DNA of 62,894 nt, the filler included, from Hyphochytrium catenoides (Eukaryota > Protista > Hyphochytriomycota), in assembly GCA_900088475.1 (NCBI GenBank). It is 14 parts of 14 records of this genome, joined end to end, with 100 filler letters (N's around TTAATTAATTAA, not from the genome) between each part and the next. Parts side by side here need not be neighbours in the genome. Positions count along the whole stretch, not along the records: positions 37,414 to 41,038 come from FLMG01000855.1; positions 41,139 to 46,002 come from FLMG01000809.1; positions 46,103 to 49,640 come from FLMG01002148.1; positions 49,741 to 55,462 come from FLMG01001894.1; 10 more parts are not named here. One strand, written 5' to 3'. The notes beneath the pieces were generated by a model. It saw only the letters and a list, made by a program, of their open reading frames with translations. It was not told the origin of the DNA and made no database searches. Below, piece by piece: positions 37,314 through 50,398 of the stretch; position 1 is the first letter of the stretch, and every line of letters starts with the position of its first letter. A program made the translations under genes and the position numbers.

Positions 37314-37805
37314 NNNNNNNNNNNNNNNNNNNNNNNNNNNNNNNNNNNNNNNNNNNNTTAATTAATTAANNNNNNNNNNNNNNNNNNNNNNNNNNNNNNN
37401 NNNNNNNNNNNNNGTTTGATGATGCACTAAGGCCCGACGGCTGATGAAGAAACTGCTTGAGCTCGTCACCGAGTTCGGTCTTCTGCTCTCAGGCTAGCTG
37501 CACAAGACTCAAGAAAGCAGCGCTAGTAACCCGTTGTTACGAATACGTCCATAGCTCATACATTATACACCACGAAGATGCTGAAGATAATTCAGAAAAG
37601 GTGCTGTAAAAGCACCTTTTCTGAATTAATTCTACCGGGCCTTTTACAGCACTTTTTTGCGCTAGAGGCGCAAACCCGAGGCGCAAACCTAACCCTAAAG
37701 CTGCGCTAGCAAAGGCCGGATCATCTCCATCTTCGGATATTCTCTACGTAACGCCAAGAGTACTTCGGCGCAGCTCTAGAGGGAAGACTGTATAACCCAC
37801 GTTAT

Positions 37806-38243
37806 TCAGTTCTCATCAATAAAGGCTAATAGAGCTTCACTGATATATGAACAATGATTGCACGACTCAAGGCCCCTACAACCACATTCATCCGGAAACA
37901 GTTCCTTCATCGGCATTCTTATACACTCTTGTATCACACCCTGATTCCCCGACCGCCTGTATCCCATAGCCGTCGCAATGACATAATACACCTGGTTCCG
38001 AAATCGCCTTACTAGAAGACCTTCAATCCCTCCAAGGCCATCCCTTTCTTGTTTCTCAATCATGTCACCAATGGATAGCGCGTCCAAGACTCCAGGGTCT
38101 TCATTAATTTCGTCCCCTACTAGGTCTTGACAACATATATGCTTGTGCCGCTGTCTCTCTGCCTGTGACTCCATTTTGCAGAATGCAGGGCCCCTGGTCC
38201 TGATCTCGGAGAGTATCGCTTTCCGGATACCTGATATTGGCAT
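37806..38243 (-). CDS. Cys-rich ORF, weakly like the P2X7 cytoplasmic ballast / Kolobok KolX domain; possibly decayed
   Basis: HICCQD...RRFRNQVYYVIATAMGY...IQECIRMPMKELFPD resembles the R-x2-Y...G...C-x5-R-x2-FP pattern. Intronless, with structured repeats on both flanks. Confidence 0.35.
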   Translation of the reverse strand: MPISGIRKAILSEIRTRGPAFCKMESQAERQRHKHICCQDLVGDEINEDPGVLDALSIGDMIEKQERDGLGGIEGLLVRRFRNQVYYVIATAMGYRRSGNQGVIQECIRMPMKELFPDECGCRGLESCNHCSYISEALLAFIDEN

Positions 38244-39899
38244 CCCCTTAAGAGGTATGTCACCAAGGATAGGATATCTGCTCTCGGGATAGAAGCAATA
38301 TTTACCATCGTAGTAGATATGTGTTCAATAAGGAGACGGAGCAAAGTAGTAGTCAGTGTGAACCTTATCCGTGACCCTCTAATGAGTCAATCAATTAGAC
38401 AAACCTTGCTACCTCTTCTCTGATGTCCCTCGTAAAATCAGCCATTGTCTGGAGAGGCAGTGACTTCTGCTGACGATGGCAACGAAGAAGGAGGACGACA
38501 ACAAACAGCCTTCTTCTTCTTCTTCTTGGCAGCGACGATGACTAAGAAGAGGATGAAGGACGGTGCACTATAACGAATTATAGAGAATGCCCCGCATGCA
38601 CTCGTCGAGCTCCTCTTCTACTAGACCGAAGTAGAAGATTGACCTTGGATCCTGGTGCTCGACATGCTGCTGCTGCCATAAGCGCAATCATCGGAGAATA
38701 GTGGACTGAGTAGTTTGTGCCAAAGAAGGAGGACAAGATAGAGGAAGAATGGAAACGAAAGGAGGAACATGCGAGCCTCGATGATAAGCCCGTCTTTATA
38801 TTGGGGCGTTAGTGTTGGGAAAGTTTACCAAATAGGGTAATCTGTTAAATTATTGATGAAAGGCCGTTTACCTTTTTGGTAAATTTTCTCGTTAGAATTA
38901 CCATTCATTTTTCAAGTCAACCCAAAAGCGCATTTACCTTTTTGGTAAACTTTCTCGAAAAATTTACCAAAAAGGTGAATTCGTCCTTGGAGGGTTAAAA
39001 GCACCTTCGTCCTTCGAGGGTTAACACTTTTAGAGGCCCAGATTCGCAACTTTTCTCAAGAAATTTCAAGTTAGGCCCTCCTCCAAAAGAGGAGGACGAC
39101 AGACCTTCGGCTCATGGCCACTTCGTTCCTAGCATTTCATACATAGCTTCGTATACCTATTAACTTGCACAGTTCCGTAATAATACTAGCAGATAGCAGA
39201 CTCAGCCTCTTCTCTGGCTCATAGTGGTAAGTAAATCTTCGTCATCAAGGTACCAACCAGCCATCATCACCACAGCGGTGGTCTCGAGCAGAAACAACAA
39301 CTCGACACGCTTGTTGTCGGAAGAGCAACAAGAGGTGCCTCATCCTCCAGAGAAAAAGGAGAAGACGATTTTTTCTCTCGCTGAGGAAAAAAGCTAGACA
39401 CTCCCCCTGTCTTTCTTAGAAGAGAAGAGACTCTGACTTTTCTCTTGGTAGGGTCTCGGTCTGCCAGTCCTTGGCCCGACAACTTCTTCGACAAAACAGA
39501 CTTCTTTCCGCCTCCCTGATATCAGCTTACAGCAAATCTCGGGCGCTCCTTTTTTCTGCCAGAACTGGCTCTGATCCTCATTTCTTCTGTCCCTCACCTT
39601 ACCACCTAATGAGGTCTATCTGCTTTGATTATTTTCAATCTCCCTTAATTAACTTCTCAGCAGCCTCTGAGGCTAGAAAAAAGTCGTTCACACGATACGA
39701 TGGCTCTGCCCAGCTCTGCCCCAAACAAGAAGCTACTGAACGAGCATTTTCTTTGTACAAATCGATTAGTAGTAGTTTAGTTAAATGGTTAGGAGGTCAG
39801 AGACAACGGTGGCCAACAACTGGCACGGTAGGGGCAGCTGTACGGAGCTATCGGCTGATAACCCTGATACAGTATAATAGTGGCTGCTAGAGCAGCGTA

Positions 39900-40700
39900 G
39901 CCGAGAGATGGTTGCATGGGGACTGGTTCACGCAGTACCTAAAATGGTACAAGCCACACCAGCGGCTATGAAAATGCTCACCAACACCAGCCAGGATAGC
40001 TGGACCGTGTACCGAGTTGAAAGCATTCCTGAAGTCAACCTTCAGCAAAACCTTATCCTTGCTGTCGCCAAAGTCAGTAACGACTTTCCGGACAGCGTGA
40101 GTGACGTCCTCGACACCCCCAGGGACCGCAGTAAACAGCTGACGAGGTGAGGAAGACACAGCCTGGGCTTTGACCTCTTCACAGCAGCTCTTGGAGACCG
40201 ATCGACGGACAGTTCCTCCAACGGCAACGGGTCGAAGGCCACCATCTTTCTTGGTCAAACCAACAAAAGAGCGCAAGCGAGAGAAGAAGAGGAGAGATCA
40301 GAAGGAGCCAGGCCTTGGGCCACGAACATAACTAGCGTGGTGGCAGGGAAAGGCCTAAGGCCTGATGGACGGACGGGTAAGGTGTGAGTATGCAGAGGTC
40401 CTTCAGGTGTTGGGATCGCAGCTGAGAGGCACCAGCCGCTGAACAGGAAGGAACGGTAGAGATCTTATTTAGCAGAGAGAGAAGGAAGAGAAGAGAAAGG
40501 CAAGGCAGGAAGAGGAAGGGCAACACCCTCGGGGTGTTTGCTCTTGAGAACTGCAAGAATTGTCTCTGAGGGAGTGGCAACGCCCTCGGACACCATGGTA
40601 GCCGCCACAGCTTTAGCAAACAAGCCGTCTTGGGCCAGCTTGGACGCCGGCAGGACGTTTGGCAGTAGATGGGGGTCCGGGGAAGCGGCTGGAAATGTCG
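39900..40700 (-). mobile_element. Decayed CRE-like non-LTR retrotransposon, N-terminal part of the reverse transcriptase
   Basis: In shifting frames: LAVLKSKHP, SAAGASQLRSQHLKDL, LTKKDGGLRPVAVGGTVRRSVSK, SPRQLFTAVPGGVEDVTHAVR and LLKVDFRNAFNSV. No YxDD motif seen. Confidence 0.85.
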
Positions 40701-41166
40701 CAGCAGATTGCTGGTCGGAAGATAGATGACGGTTGACAGGAGGCTCGCGCTTCGTCCCAGAGCGCGGCGGTACTCGCCAGCTTGCCACCGAGAGATGCGT
40801 TCTTGGAGAAGGTTGGAAGAAGGTTGTAGGACTAACTCTACTACCCATAAAGACTAATACTATTATTTCTATAATGAAAGAGTAGAAGGAGGAGAGGAGA
40901 GAAGAGAAAGAAGAAGAGACAAGAACAGCTACGAAGACTTCGTCCCTTCCCACAACCTCGCCGCCACCATCGTTATAGAGAAAGAACAGTGTATCTTTTG
41001 TTATGCATTTCTCTCAGAAGAGAAAGTCTATTATGAGANNNNNNNNNNNNNNNNNNNNNNNNNNNNNNNNNNNNNNNNNNNNTTAATTAATTAANNNNNN
41101 NNNNNNNNNNNNNNNNNNNNNNNNNNNNNNNNNNNNNNAGAATGAAGCGACACCACAAGGTCTTAC

Positions 41167-41257
41167 TGATTTCCTCCTCTTCTCCTCCTGTCTCGGTGAC
41201 TTCAGCAGGGATTGCATAAGGATAAGCCAAGAGCCGGAGCTTCTGGTTCAGCTGCAT
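41167..41257 (-). CDS. Possible first exon of an RTRAF/CGI-99 (RLL motif)-like gene
   Basis: MQLNQKLRLLAYPYAIPAEVTETGGEEEEI followed by a GTAAG donor. Resembles the M-x3-KL-x-AL-x-Y start of RTRAF, but only 30 codons are visible. Confidence 0.35.
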
Positions 41258-42061
41258 CCTTTTGCTCAAATGATCCGCTGGCTTCTGAAGTGTAGCTACA
41301 CGGCACTAACTTTGCAGACCAGACAACGACGACCTGGAGACGCTACTGGAGCCTCCTCTTGACGCAGCGCATCCCGTTGTCCTATCCAGCAACAGCTGAT
41401 AGGAAGCGCACTTGCTCTCCGTCCACTTGCCGATGAGATCTCTGCTCTTCTGGAAGAAGAAGATCTGTGAAGATTCGTCGCTGTCGAAGCGGCAACAATC
41501 CTACTAATTACCAACCTTCATTACCCATGGGTACCATGCCCTACACAGTCATTGCTAATATTCAGTACCCATGGGTCCGTACCCTTATAAACACTCAACA
41601 GCCATTGTACAGAATGGAAGCACTATCTAGGTTAACCGAATTTGGGAATCAGAAGAGACAAGTGAAGAAACGACTCTCCTCCTTGGCCACTGATGATGCA
41701 CTCACATCACTCCNNNNNNTCTCTCTCTCTCTCTCTCTTCCTTCTCTCTCTCTCTCTCTCTTCCTTCTCTCGCTCTCTCTCGCTCTCTCTCGCTCTCTCT
41801 CTCTCTCTCTCAGACTCAAACTCTCTCTTCTGTCTCCCGTCTCGCAAGCTCTCCTGTCTGCCATTACGGAACTTATCGGCCGCTATAATACTTTGGATAG
41901 AGAGGCGGACAAGTACTATCCTCCCTTGGTCCCCATTTCTCTTCGTTTCCTGTGTCTCAGGAGGGACAAGGTAGCGGATACTCTCTTCTGTGCCTCTTCG
42001 TCTCTCTTATCTTCTTACTGTCATCATCTCTGTGCTCAGGGAAGCAGATCAATAAGGACAG

Positions 42062-45000
42062 ATGAGCGAAACCGAGGGCCATGCAGACAGCAATGCACTG
42101 ATGAGAGAGAGAGCAGAAGGGTCTGATGAAGAGAACAGAATGGAGCAAGAAAGGAGAGAAAGCATAGGGAGATCTACTGGCGACAAGCGTCAGAAGGTAC
42201 AGGGAAGAGCAGAGCGACAGCGCAGAAAGAAAGAGAAGGCCGAGATGAGAGAGAGAGGAGAGTGGGACCGTTGTCTCTTTATAGATCAGAAGGCCAATAA
42301 GTTCTGCAATAAACAGCGGTAAGTGACACCCTTCTCAAGCCCCTCTTCTCTGAAGTAGAACCCTGTCCTACCTCTTGACTCAGTTCGATGACCTCTTCCC
42401 TTTGCCCTTTCCTTCAGAAAGAAACTCGCCATTCCTCATAGTTTACCTGCTAGGCGATCTCTCTGCTCAGCCGCCGCTTCCTCTCGACAGCCCTCTTCCC
42501 TTATTTTCTCTGACCCTCTTCCGCTGCCCCTTGCGCCACGCTGAGATGCTTTCCTTCTATCGTTTGCCTCAACCTGTCTAATAGAAATCTTAAGTTTATC
42601 ATCTCATCTTTCTCTCTCGACGTCTCTTGTCTTTCTCTTCCTTTGGATGCCCGTTTATTTGCCGATCATATACCGCGGCCTGTCTTCTCTGTACCTCTCC
42701 GCCCTCCCTATGTCTTCGCTCTCTAACTGTTTTGTGCTTCTTCCTTAGTGCTAAAGGCTCCACTCACTGCGCCTATCATCGACACTTGGATGGCTCTTCT
42801 TCTGTCTCTCTTGGGATAGAAAGAGTTCCCTGTCCTCTGGATCCCTCTCACTCTGTGTATAGGAAAGCCCTAGAAAAGCACTTGCAGATTTGTAATAGAG
42901 AGAAAGAAAGAGAGAACATAGAGAGTCAACCGTATTTCAGGCTGAATATAAACTCAGGCAAGAGAAAGACAGGAAACGGAGAGGAGGAGCAGGACGACGG
43001 ACTATGGAGAGACACAGAGAAGAGAGCGTCAGTATCACAAGCAGGTAGGACAGAGGAGAAAGAAGATGGCAGCCATGGAAAAGGAGTTAGCTCTTCAGCT
43101 CTCACCCGAATGCTGGTAGGCTCATCCACTTCTCTTTCTTTCTACTCTTCTTTCGTCTTCTATCTCCCATACAGTCCTTCTCTCTCTGTCTCTTTTCTGT
43201 CCCTTCTTTGCCGCTACGTTATCGCCAATGAAATCTCTGTCGCATCCTTTTTCAGAATCACTGCTCTCTAGCAGGCCTCGCTTCTCATCGTGCCACTTTC
43301 ATTTACCTAGGAACGAGTTCCATTAGAACCGTTCAGACAGAAAGTGCGGCGAACTTTTACCTCTTTGATTAGAGAAGAAAGCGACGGAGAAGGTGATGAT
43401 GAAGGAAAAGAAGTAGAGCAGCATAAAGAGCAGATACCTAATAAGGCGCAAAGGGACGAAAAGAAAGGAAAAGGGAAAGTGGGCCTCTTCACCCAGATCC
43501 TAGATGGACCGAAAGGTTGCAGGGAGCTACTGGAGTCCGCAGAGAATGCGGGGTCCAGGCATCACACAGCGCGGCACATCATTCAGCAATGTTCCATCGT
43601 GGGACATCTAGAACGAAGGTGAGAGATGGTGTCATAAAGAAAGACAGAGAGAGAGCAAGAGGAGTGAGAGAGTCTTATTGTTGATATATGGCCTTTCCTG
43701 CCCACCGACCTTCGCCTTCCATGCATCTGACTTCTTGCTTTTCTCCTGCTAGGGGGCTCTTAGACCCTAAATTTCTATACCTAGAGCTAGGGGCAGGACG
43801 TGCGATGCTTTCGTTGGCTTTGCAAGCTGCTGCTCCAGAAGCGAAGTTTCTTTTGATAGAAAGAGCCAGCGTAAGATTCAAAGTGAGTAAGAAGATGCCA
43901 AAAAGACAGAAAATGTGCTGAGTGCTACAGACTTATGGCATCTCTGATTATTCTCCTACACTCTCTTCCTCTTTCCAGGATTCCTTTCCTTATCGTGATC
44001 GCTACTTCTCTTCTCTCTCTCTCTCTCCCTCTCTCTCACGTCTTTCCTTAGCCTGCTTACTTAGCTGGCCCGTCCACTCGAATCATCTCAGGCTGACAGG
44101 CACATTCTTAGTGGAGAGTTCAAGAGACTGAAAGTGGACCTACGACATTTAAACCTCGCGGGGGTTTCTTCCCTCTCTTTGCCTACTTCTCCTCCCATCG
44201 TCGCTGTTTCGAAGCACCTTTGTGGGGTGGCGACAGACCTTGCCCTCCGGTGTCTCCTGAGGACTTTACCTAGGGAGGATAGTCGGACCCCAACGCAGTT
44301 ACACAAAGAGAGCATCAAGGTGGAATCAACAGGGTGCGATGCAGTGGATGAGACGGAGAGGAGAGAAAGGAAGAGTCGATTGCGAGGTATTTGTGTGGCG
44401 ACTTGCTGTCATCACGCCTGCAATTGGGATGACTATGTAGGACAGCGGTACCTTCTCGAGCTGGTAAGCGCTCCGATGCCTCTCTCCCGCTCTGGTCAGT
44501 CTCCCTTTACCTTCAGACTTTCACCGTTCCCTACGTCTCAAGTGACTGCGGGCACTTGAGAGGGCCTTCATGCCGCAGTTTGCTGTGCTTTGCTCCTTTC
44601 CTGAGGTCCCGCTAACGTGCGACAACTTCTCATGGTTTCTGCCATTTTCTTATTTGCCTTTCTCCGTACCTAGTCTACCTTGACACGTTTCTCTCACTTT
44701 CTGCTACCAGGGATTCACACCGGACGAATTTGCTCTAATGACACTAGTCAGCAGTTGGGCGACATGTGGCTGGGAGAGATCCCAAGAAGAAGAGCATAGC
44801 GTCAGGTAAATACACGGAGTTTTAACGGTATAGAAGGAGTATCTATAGAGGGGGATCTATATGTTCCCTGGCCCACTGATGGAAGAGGAAGAGGTGATCC
44901 GTAAACATTGTTGGGTTGGTGAGAGAGAGCAACGAGGATGGTAGGGCAATCGGCGTGGAGGAATCACAGGCTGTGATGTCGGGAAGCTATGGAAGGGTGA

Positions 45001-45221
45001 ATGGGATCTCTTCCCGCTTGTTTGCTTTCTAACTCGGCGCGTCACCCCTGCTGGTGCCTTGCAGTCCGAAGATGGAGCTAGGGCAACAGTGTAAGCGTCT
45101 CATCGACGCGGGTAGAGCAAGATTTCTAGAGGACGAGGGCATGGCAGTGGAAATGGTGCGATACTGCAGTCCAGAGGACTCGTTAGAGAACTGTCTCCTA
45201 TTGGCTTGGGAGAGGTCTTGA
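42062..45221 (+). CDS. TRMT13: tRNA:m4X 2'-O-methyltransferase Trm13 (complete, 7 exons)
   Basis: Exons 42062-42318, 42749-43115, 43311-43618, 43753-43882, 44092-44463, 44711-44805 and 45065-45221. CCCH finger, RVPCPLDPSHSV...KHLQIC (CHHC finger), ELGAGRA, SKHLCGVATD, VATCCHH, SSWAT, GQQCKRLIDAGR and SLEN. Confidence 0.96.
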
Positions 45222-46129
45222 AAAGAAAGAGGACCACAGAACTTTCTCATCACCGGCAGCGGAAGATAGATAAAAGTCCAAACAGAGGACGGCAGTCATC
45301 TTTTGCTACGGTACTATGTATCTTCGCAGTTAGAGGCTACAGCTAGTGTCGGGATGCCAATCATGTGTCCGAGGAGAAACTGTCTAAGTCTTTTCTCATC
45401 ATCAGCGTCAGCTTATGAGAAGGATTGTCGGCAGTGAGAACCAAAGGCTACCTTTTCTACTACAGATGTTATTTATTGCTGTATTTGCCGCTACCAGCTC
45501 TACCGGAGGCAAGAGGAGATAGCAGGTGTCTTAATAAAGGAATGTTTGGAAGGTCTCTGGGTGGTGAACAACTGAGCAAAGGCAGAGTATAATGTTCCAG
45601 GGCAGAGTGCAGGACAAGCAGCTGACCAGTCAGTCCTTTTCGCTAAACCTGGTTAACCAAGAATTCGAACTGAACCTTCACTCCTTCGCGTCAAGTAACG
45701 TCTCTGGACTTGTCTCTTTTACTATCTCCTTGTCAGCAGCGTCTGTTCTGACTGACAGGTCAACTAGAAAATATTTTGGTTTAGACTTTGTTTTCTCTTG
45801 TGAGGGCTCGGTGCTTTCCTTCCGCGTCTTCGCCATCAATCAGATAGCTGTCGCCTTGGCGGGAGAGTGCTTGGAAGCTCATAAACAGGACCCGATGACC
45901 ATTGGAGACCAGCACCATTAAGGGCAGAATAAAGAGGAGAACTTTTTGGGGCACTATACACCAGGCTTTCTAAGAGAGAGTAGAAAGAAAGTCGGCCAAT
46001 GCNNNNNNNNNNNNNNNNNNNNNNNNNNNNNNNNNNNNNNNNNNNNTTAATTAATTAANNNNNNNNNNNNNNNNNNNNNNNNNNNNNNNNNNNNNNNNNN
46101 NNTCTCTTTCTCTTCTTTTCTCTCTTTCC

Positions 46130-47470
46130 TTCTTCTGCTGAGAATAGCGCCAGCGGCTGGTCCTCTGGCAGTGGCGGGCCTGGAGCCCTCACACAATGAA
46201 CCACTTCAGGTGCCGACTGCAGGAGAAAGAGAGAGCTTAGCTATTCAAGTTCTTGGTGTCTTTCTCTCTCTCGAAACTCCTTCTTCCCTCTGCGTCTCTC
46301 TCTTTTTCGGGCCGACTTGCACATCTTTCTTCTCGCTGTCCGCCTCTCTTCTCTCGTCTCCCGCCCTATACGATTCCTTGTTTACTCTTTTTATTTCTCT
46401 CTGTCCTATCTTCCTCTCTTTTCTTCTTTTCTCTCTCTCTCTCTCTGGCTCTCTCTCTCCTCTGCCCTGACCCAGAGACTTACTCTGAGGGTAGTTGCCA
46501 TCCAGATTCCCTTGGAAAAGGTCTCTGATAGGTCAAACAAATAGTTTACCTTGTTCTATCACACCAGAGAGAGAGAGAGANNNNNNNNNAGAGGGAGAGA
46601 GAGAGAGGGAGAGAGAGAGAGAGAGAGAGAAGGAGAAGGAAACAAAATAGACAGAATGTTAAAATAAAGAGAGAGGGAGAAAGAGAAAGAGGAAAAGAAA
46701 GAGAGAACTCAAAAGATTTAAAATGGTAAAGACTCAAATATAGGTGCGCGAGGACAGCTGCAGAACCACAAAAGAGAGAGAGAAAGAGAGGAAAAGAGAG
46801 GGAGAAAGTGGAGAAAAAGAGAGAGAAGGAGAAGAGATGTGGATCGCCAGCCAGGGAGACAGACCAGAGGAGGGAAGCAACCTGATAGTGTTCTCCCATG
46901 AGCTGCAGGGGAGAGGCGGGTCTGAGGAAGCCTGGAGCCGTGGAAGAATGCTGGAGAGAGCGCTCGCGGAAAGAGAAGAGAGAGAAAGACTCGGGAAGAT
47001 CTTCCGCAGAGGCGTTACCGCCCTGAGATGCAAAGCTGCTGACCATCTGCCGCAGCTTCAGACAGCGCTCCTGCACTGTCTCTCCTGGAGGACAGGGCAA
47101 CATGAGAGATGGAGCGAGAGGAGAGAGAGAGAGAGAGACAGAGAGAGAGAGAGAGAAAAAGAAAGAGAGAGAGAGTAAGAGAGAGAAAAGAGAACGAGAG
47201 GAGATAGCCAACCGTGGCTGTGGAAAAATCAAAGAAGAGAAAGAGAGAAGTCATCAACGCCAGGAAACATAGATAGATATAGAGAAAGGTACAGGTAGAG
47301 AGAAAGATAGTGAACAACAGAGAGAGAGAGAGACTTCATCTTCTCCTTCTCACCTCTGTGGTTCCCCTTGGGCGGGCAGACGGCGTGGAAGTGCATGTGT
47401 CTCAGCATCTCAAGGACGGGGTCAGAGGCGTGCTCCAGGAGCATCATAAAGTCATCGTTACCATCTCCCG
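46130..47470 (-). CDS. Unidentified spliced gene fragment
   Basis: Complex-sequence islands with GT/AG edges inside GA microsatellite: DDFMMLLEHASDPVLEMLRHMHFHAVCPP, ETVQERCLKLRQMVSSF..., NKVNYLFDLSETFSKGIWMATTLR. Boundaries approximate. Confidence 0.4.
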
Positions 47471-48470
47471 CAGAGGGAGAGAGAAAGGAAGAGAGAGACA
47501 GAGAGAGAAGAAGGAAAGAGAAGAGACAGCATTTCGAGGAAGCTTTCTTCCGTCTGGCAAGCGAGAGCTGAGGAGAGAGTCTAGGGGACAACATCGTCCA
47601 GATAACAGGAGAAAGAGAGAGAGACTATCGCCAAGAAATCTTGCTATCACTCAGGGGAAGAAGAGGATAATAAGCCTGGGCAGGCGCATTTTTTCTTGCA
47701 GATTTCTCTCCTCTCCACACTTCTTTTTCCTGCTGTTCCCCTTGCTTATACTCAGGCCTTCCTTTCTCTCACTCTGTCTCTCCTGCCTCTCTGTCCCTGT
47801 CTCTATCTCTCTTTAGCAGGAGGGGAGACTTTGTTATTGCGATGAGAAAGAGAAAAGAGCAAGGTAACTGAGCCCTCTTCTTCAGTCTTCCCGTCTCTCT
47901 CTGAAGGCCTCTTCAACACGAACTCCTGGATCTTCTTCCTACTCTCCTCCTCTTCTCTCCTCCCTCGCTCGCTCTCTTTCTCCCTCGCTCGCTCTCTTTC
48001 TCTACTCTCTCTCTCTCTCTCTCTCTTTCTCTTCTCTTTCTCTCTCTCTCTCTCTCCCCCTCTCTCTCTCTCTCTTTCTTGGTCTCTCTCTCTGTCGGTT
48101 TAGCCGTTTAGCCCACGACCAGCTCCTGACTTCTCTCTTCAGGGTACCGCTAACGGTAATCCAACAACAACAGCAAACATCCCCTCACCACTGCAATCGG
48201 CTCACAAATTGTCGTCATAATGTCAAGTCCTAGGATGTGTTGAATATCAAACAGTATAATTTATTGTTTGCAAGACAAGCCATATAATCAAAGTATAGGC
48301 CTATCCGTGACTGTCCTGAGAAAAGACGTTACATTGCAAAATGGCCTCCTCCCTCTCTCTCACTCTATCGGGTCCTACACCACTACCGTTTCGTCTCTCT
48401 CCTTTCCCTCTCTGTCTGTTTTTTCTCTCCGTTTCCTCTTTGTCCCTCTGTTTCCTTCCCTGTCCCTTTG

Positions 48471-48501
<31 letters not shown>

Positions 48502-49492
48502 GGTGCTCTCTCCGTCAGACACTCTCTCTCCTATCTTTGCCCCCCTTATAGCCCTCCGCGACCGCGGGGAAGGTGAGAGAGAGAGAGAGAGAGAGAGAAG
48601 ATCAGAGAAAGAGATGATGATGACAATGGAGGACAGCAATCATTCTATCCTATTACGTAGTAATAGGTGCTTATCATACTTCTTCCCCTTCTCTCCAGAC
48701 ACGCGGGGGACTCTCCCCACCTCCTCCTCAAAGGAAAGTAGAGAAGAAGAGACTACTACCACGACAACAGAAAGTCGAGGAGTATGTAGGAAATATCAAT
48801 CACTAAAACCAGCAACTTTACTGTTTGACTAATGAGAGAGAGAGAGAAGAGAGAGAGAGAGACCGCAACCAAGGTAGGGAGGAGAGAGTGCAAAGCAACA
48901 AAGAACAAGAAAGGAAAGCAAAGGAGTAACAAAATTTGACAGAAGTGATGGAGAAGATAAGTAAGATGGTCCGTGATAAGCTAGGGGAGGGAGGAGAGAC
49001 AGACTCTGGTCGTCGGAGTTCAAGGTTACTAGGAGTAGCCACAGCAGCTCCAATTGCAAACTTATAGGCGTGATTAAGAGCAGGAAAATATGCTTTGGAT
49101 GGAGAGATAAAAATTAAGGCGCCCAGCGAAGGAGATAGAAAGAGAGGGTGAGAGAGTAGGACTCTTTTCTTCCGCCTTCTCCATCATCATCGCGGGTTGA
49201 CCAGGCAGCAGCGCCATAGACTAGAAATGATACATTGTTAATCTCTTAGTAGAAACTTTATAAAAAAACGAGAGGATATTCCCTGACAGCAGGCAGGATC
49301 TTCGAAAATTAAAACAAAGAAAGAGGAAGAAGAAGCACTATGGAGGTGGTCTCCGTCCTTCTTCTTACGTCTTAGCAGGGGTAGGAGGACTATTGCTGAA
49401 GCGGAGGGGAGAAGAAACATCCATTATGAAGAGAGAGAGAGGAGACCTTGGCAAATGCACCGCCTTTCTTCTCCCTTCTCTTCTCTCTCCCC

Positions 49493-49639
49493 CTATCTCG
49501 TCCACCTAATAAACCTTAGCGCCACGAGTGCCATGGCGACATACGCGAGAAGAATCATCCCTACGGCGAGGACATTGGTCACTCTGTCTCCATAATTCAT
49601 TGAGCCTTCAAAGAAAGACTCGACAAACGCCTCCACGGT
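49493..49639 (-). CDS. ABCG/PDR-type ABC transporter, C-terminal 48 aa
   Basis: TVEAFVESFFEGSMNYGDRVTNVLAVGMILLAYVAMALVALRFIRWTR-stop fits the terminal TM and ALR-x5-R-stop of ABCG/PDR proteins. Confidence 0.65.
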   Translation of the reverse strand, partial: TVEAFVESFFEGSMNYGDRVTNVLAVGMILLAYVAMALVALRFIRWTR

Positions 49640-49975
49640 CNNNNNNNNNNNNNNNNNNNNNNNNNNNNNNNNNNNNNNNNNNNNTTAATTAATTAANNNN
49701 NNNNNNNNNNNNNNNNNNNNNNNNNNNNNNNNNNNNNNNNATAAGAAAAAGGGATCGTATCTGTAGCACAAATGCTAAGGGAATAAGATTTGTCCGTTTC
49801 AGGCTCAGCATTGATAATCAGTAATCTGTTGTATATGATTCTCTACCTGATCTATAAAGCAGTAGTCGTAACTAGAAGAGACAGAGTAACGACTAGAGAG
49901 CGAGACGGTGACAGAAAGAAAGAGAAAAAAGAGAGAGAGAAAGAGAAAGAGAAAGAGAGAGAGAGGAAAGAGAGG

Positions 49976-50031
<56 letters not shown>

Positions 50032-50344
50032 AAGCAACGAGATATTAGAGGTGGAGAAGAGGAAAGAGAGAGACAAATCGAGACGAAGAGAGGCAGAAAG
50101 AGACTCGCAGGGGGAGAGAGAGAGAAAGAGTAAAGCAGGGAGAGAATAGAGACCGTGGGAAGGAGGAATTGATGAGAGAGACACAAAGTGACACCAAGAG
50201 AAAAGAGGAAGAGAGAAGCCCAAAAAGAGAGAGAGAGACATGTCTGGATGCAGTAAACAAAAGTGAAGAGCATGAAGAAGACATCAACTGTCATTTTAGC
50301 AGGAGAAAGGTAAGCGTTTAGGTGGATAGAGCGACACAGATACA

Positions 50345-50398
<54 letters not shown>

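Noticed and set aside
37686-37700. Telomere (cctaaccctaaa)
   Set aside because: Only about two units and internal to the contig.
2870-40700. Diversity-generating retroelement linking the RT to the PPR repeats
   Set aside because: The RT is a decayed non-LTR type on a different contig, and no non-coding template repeat is visible.
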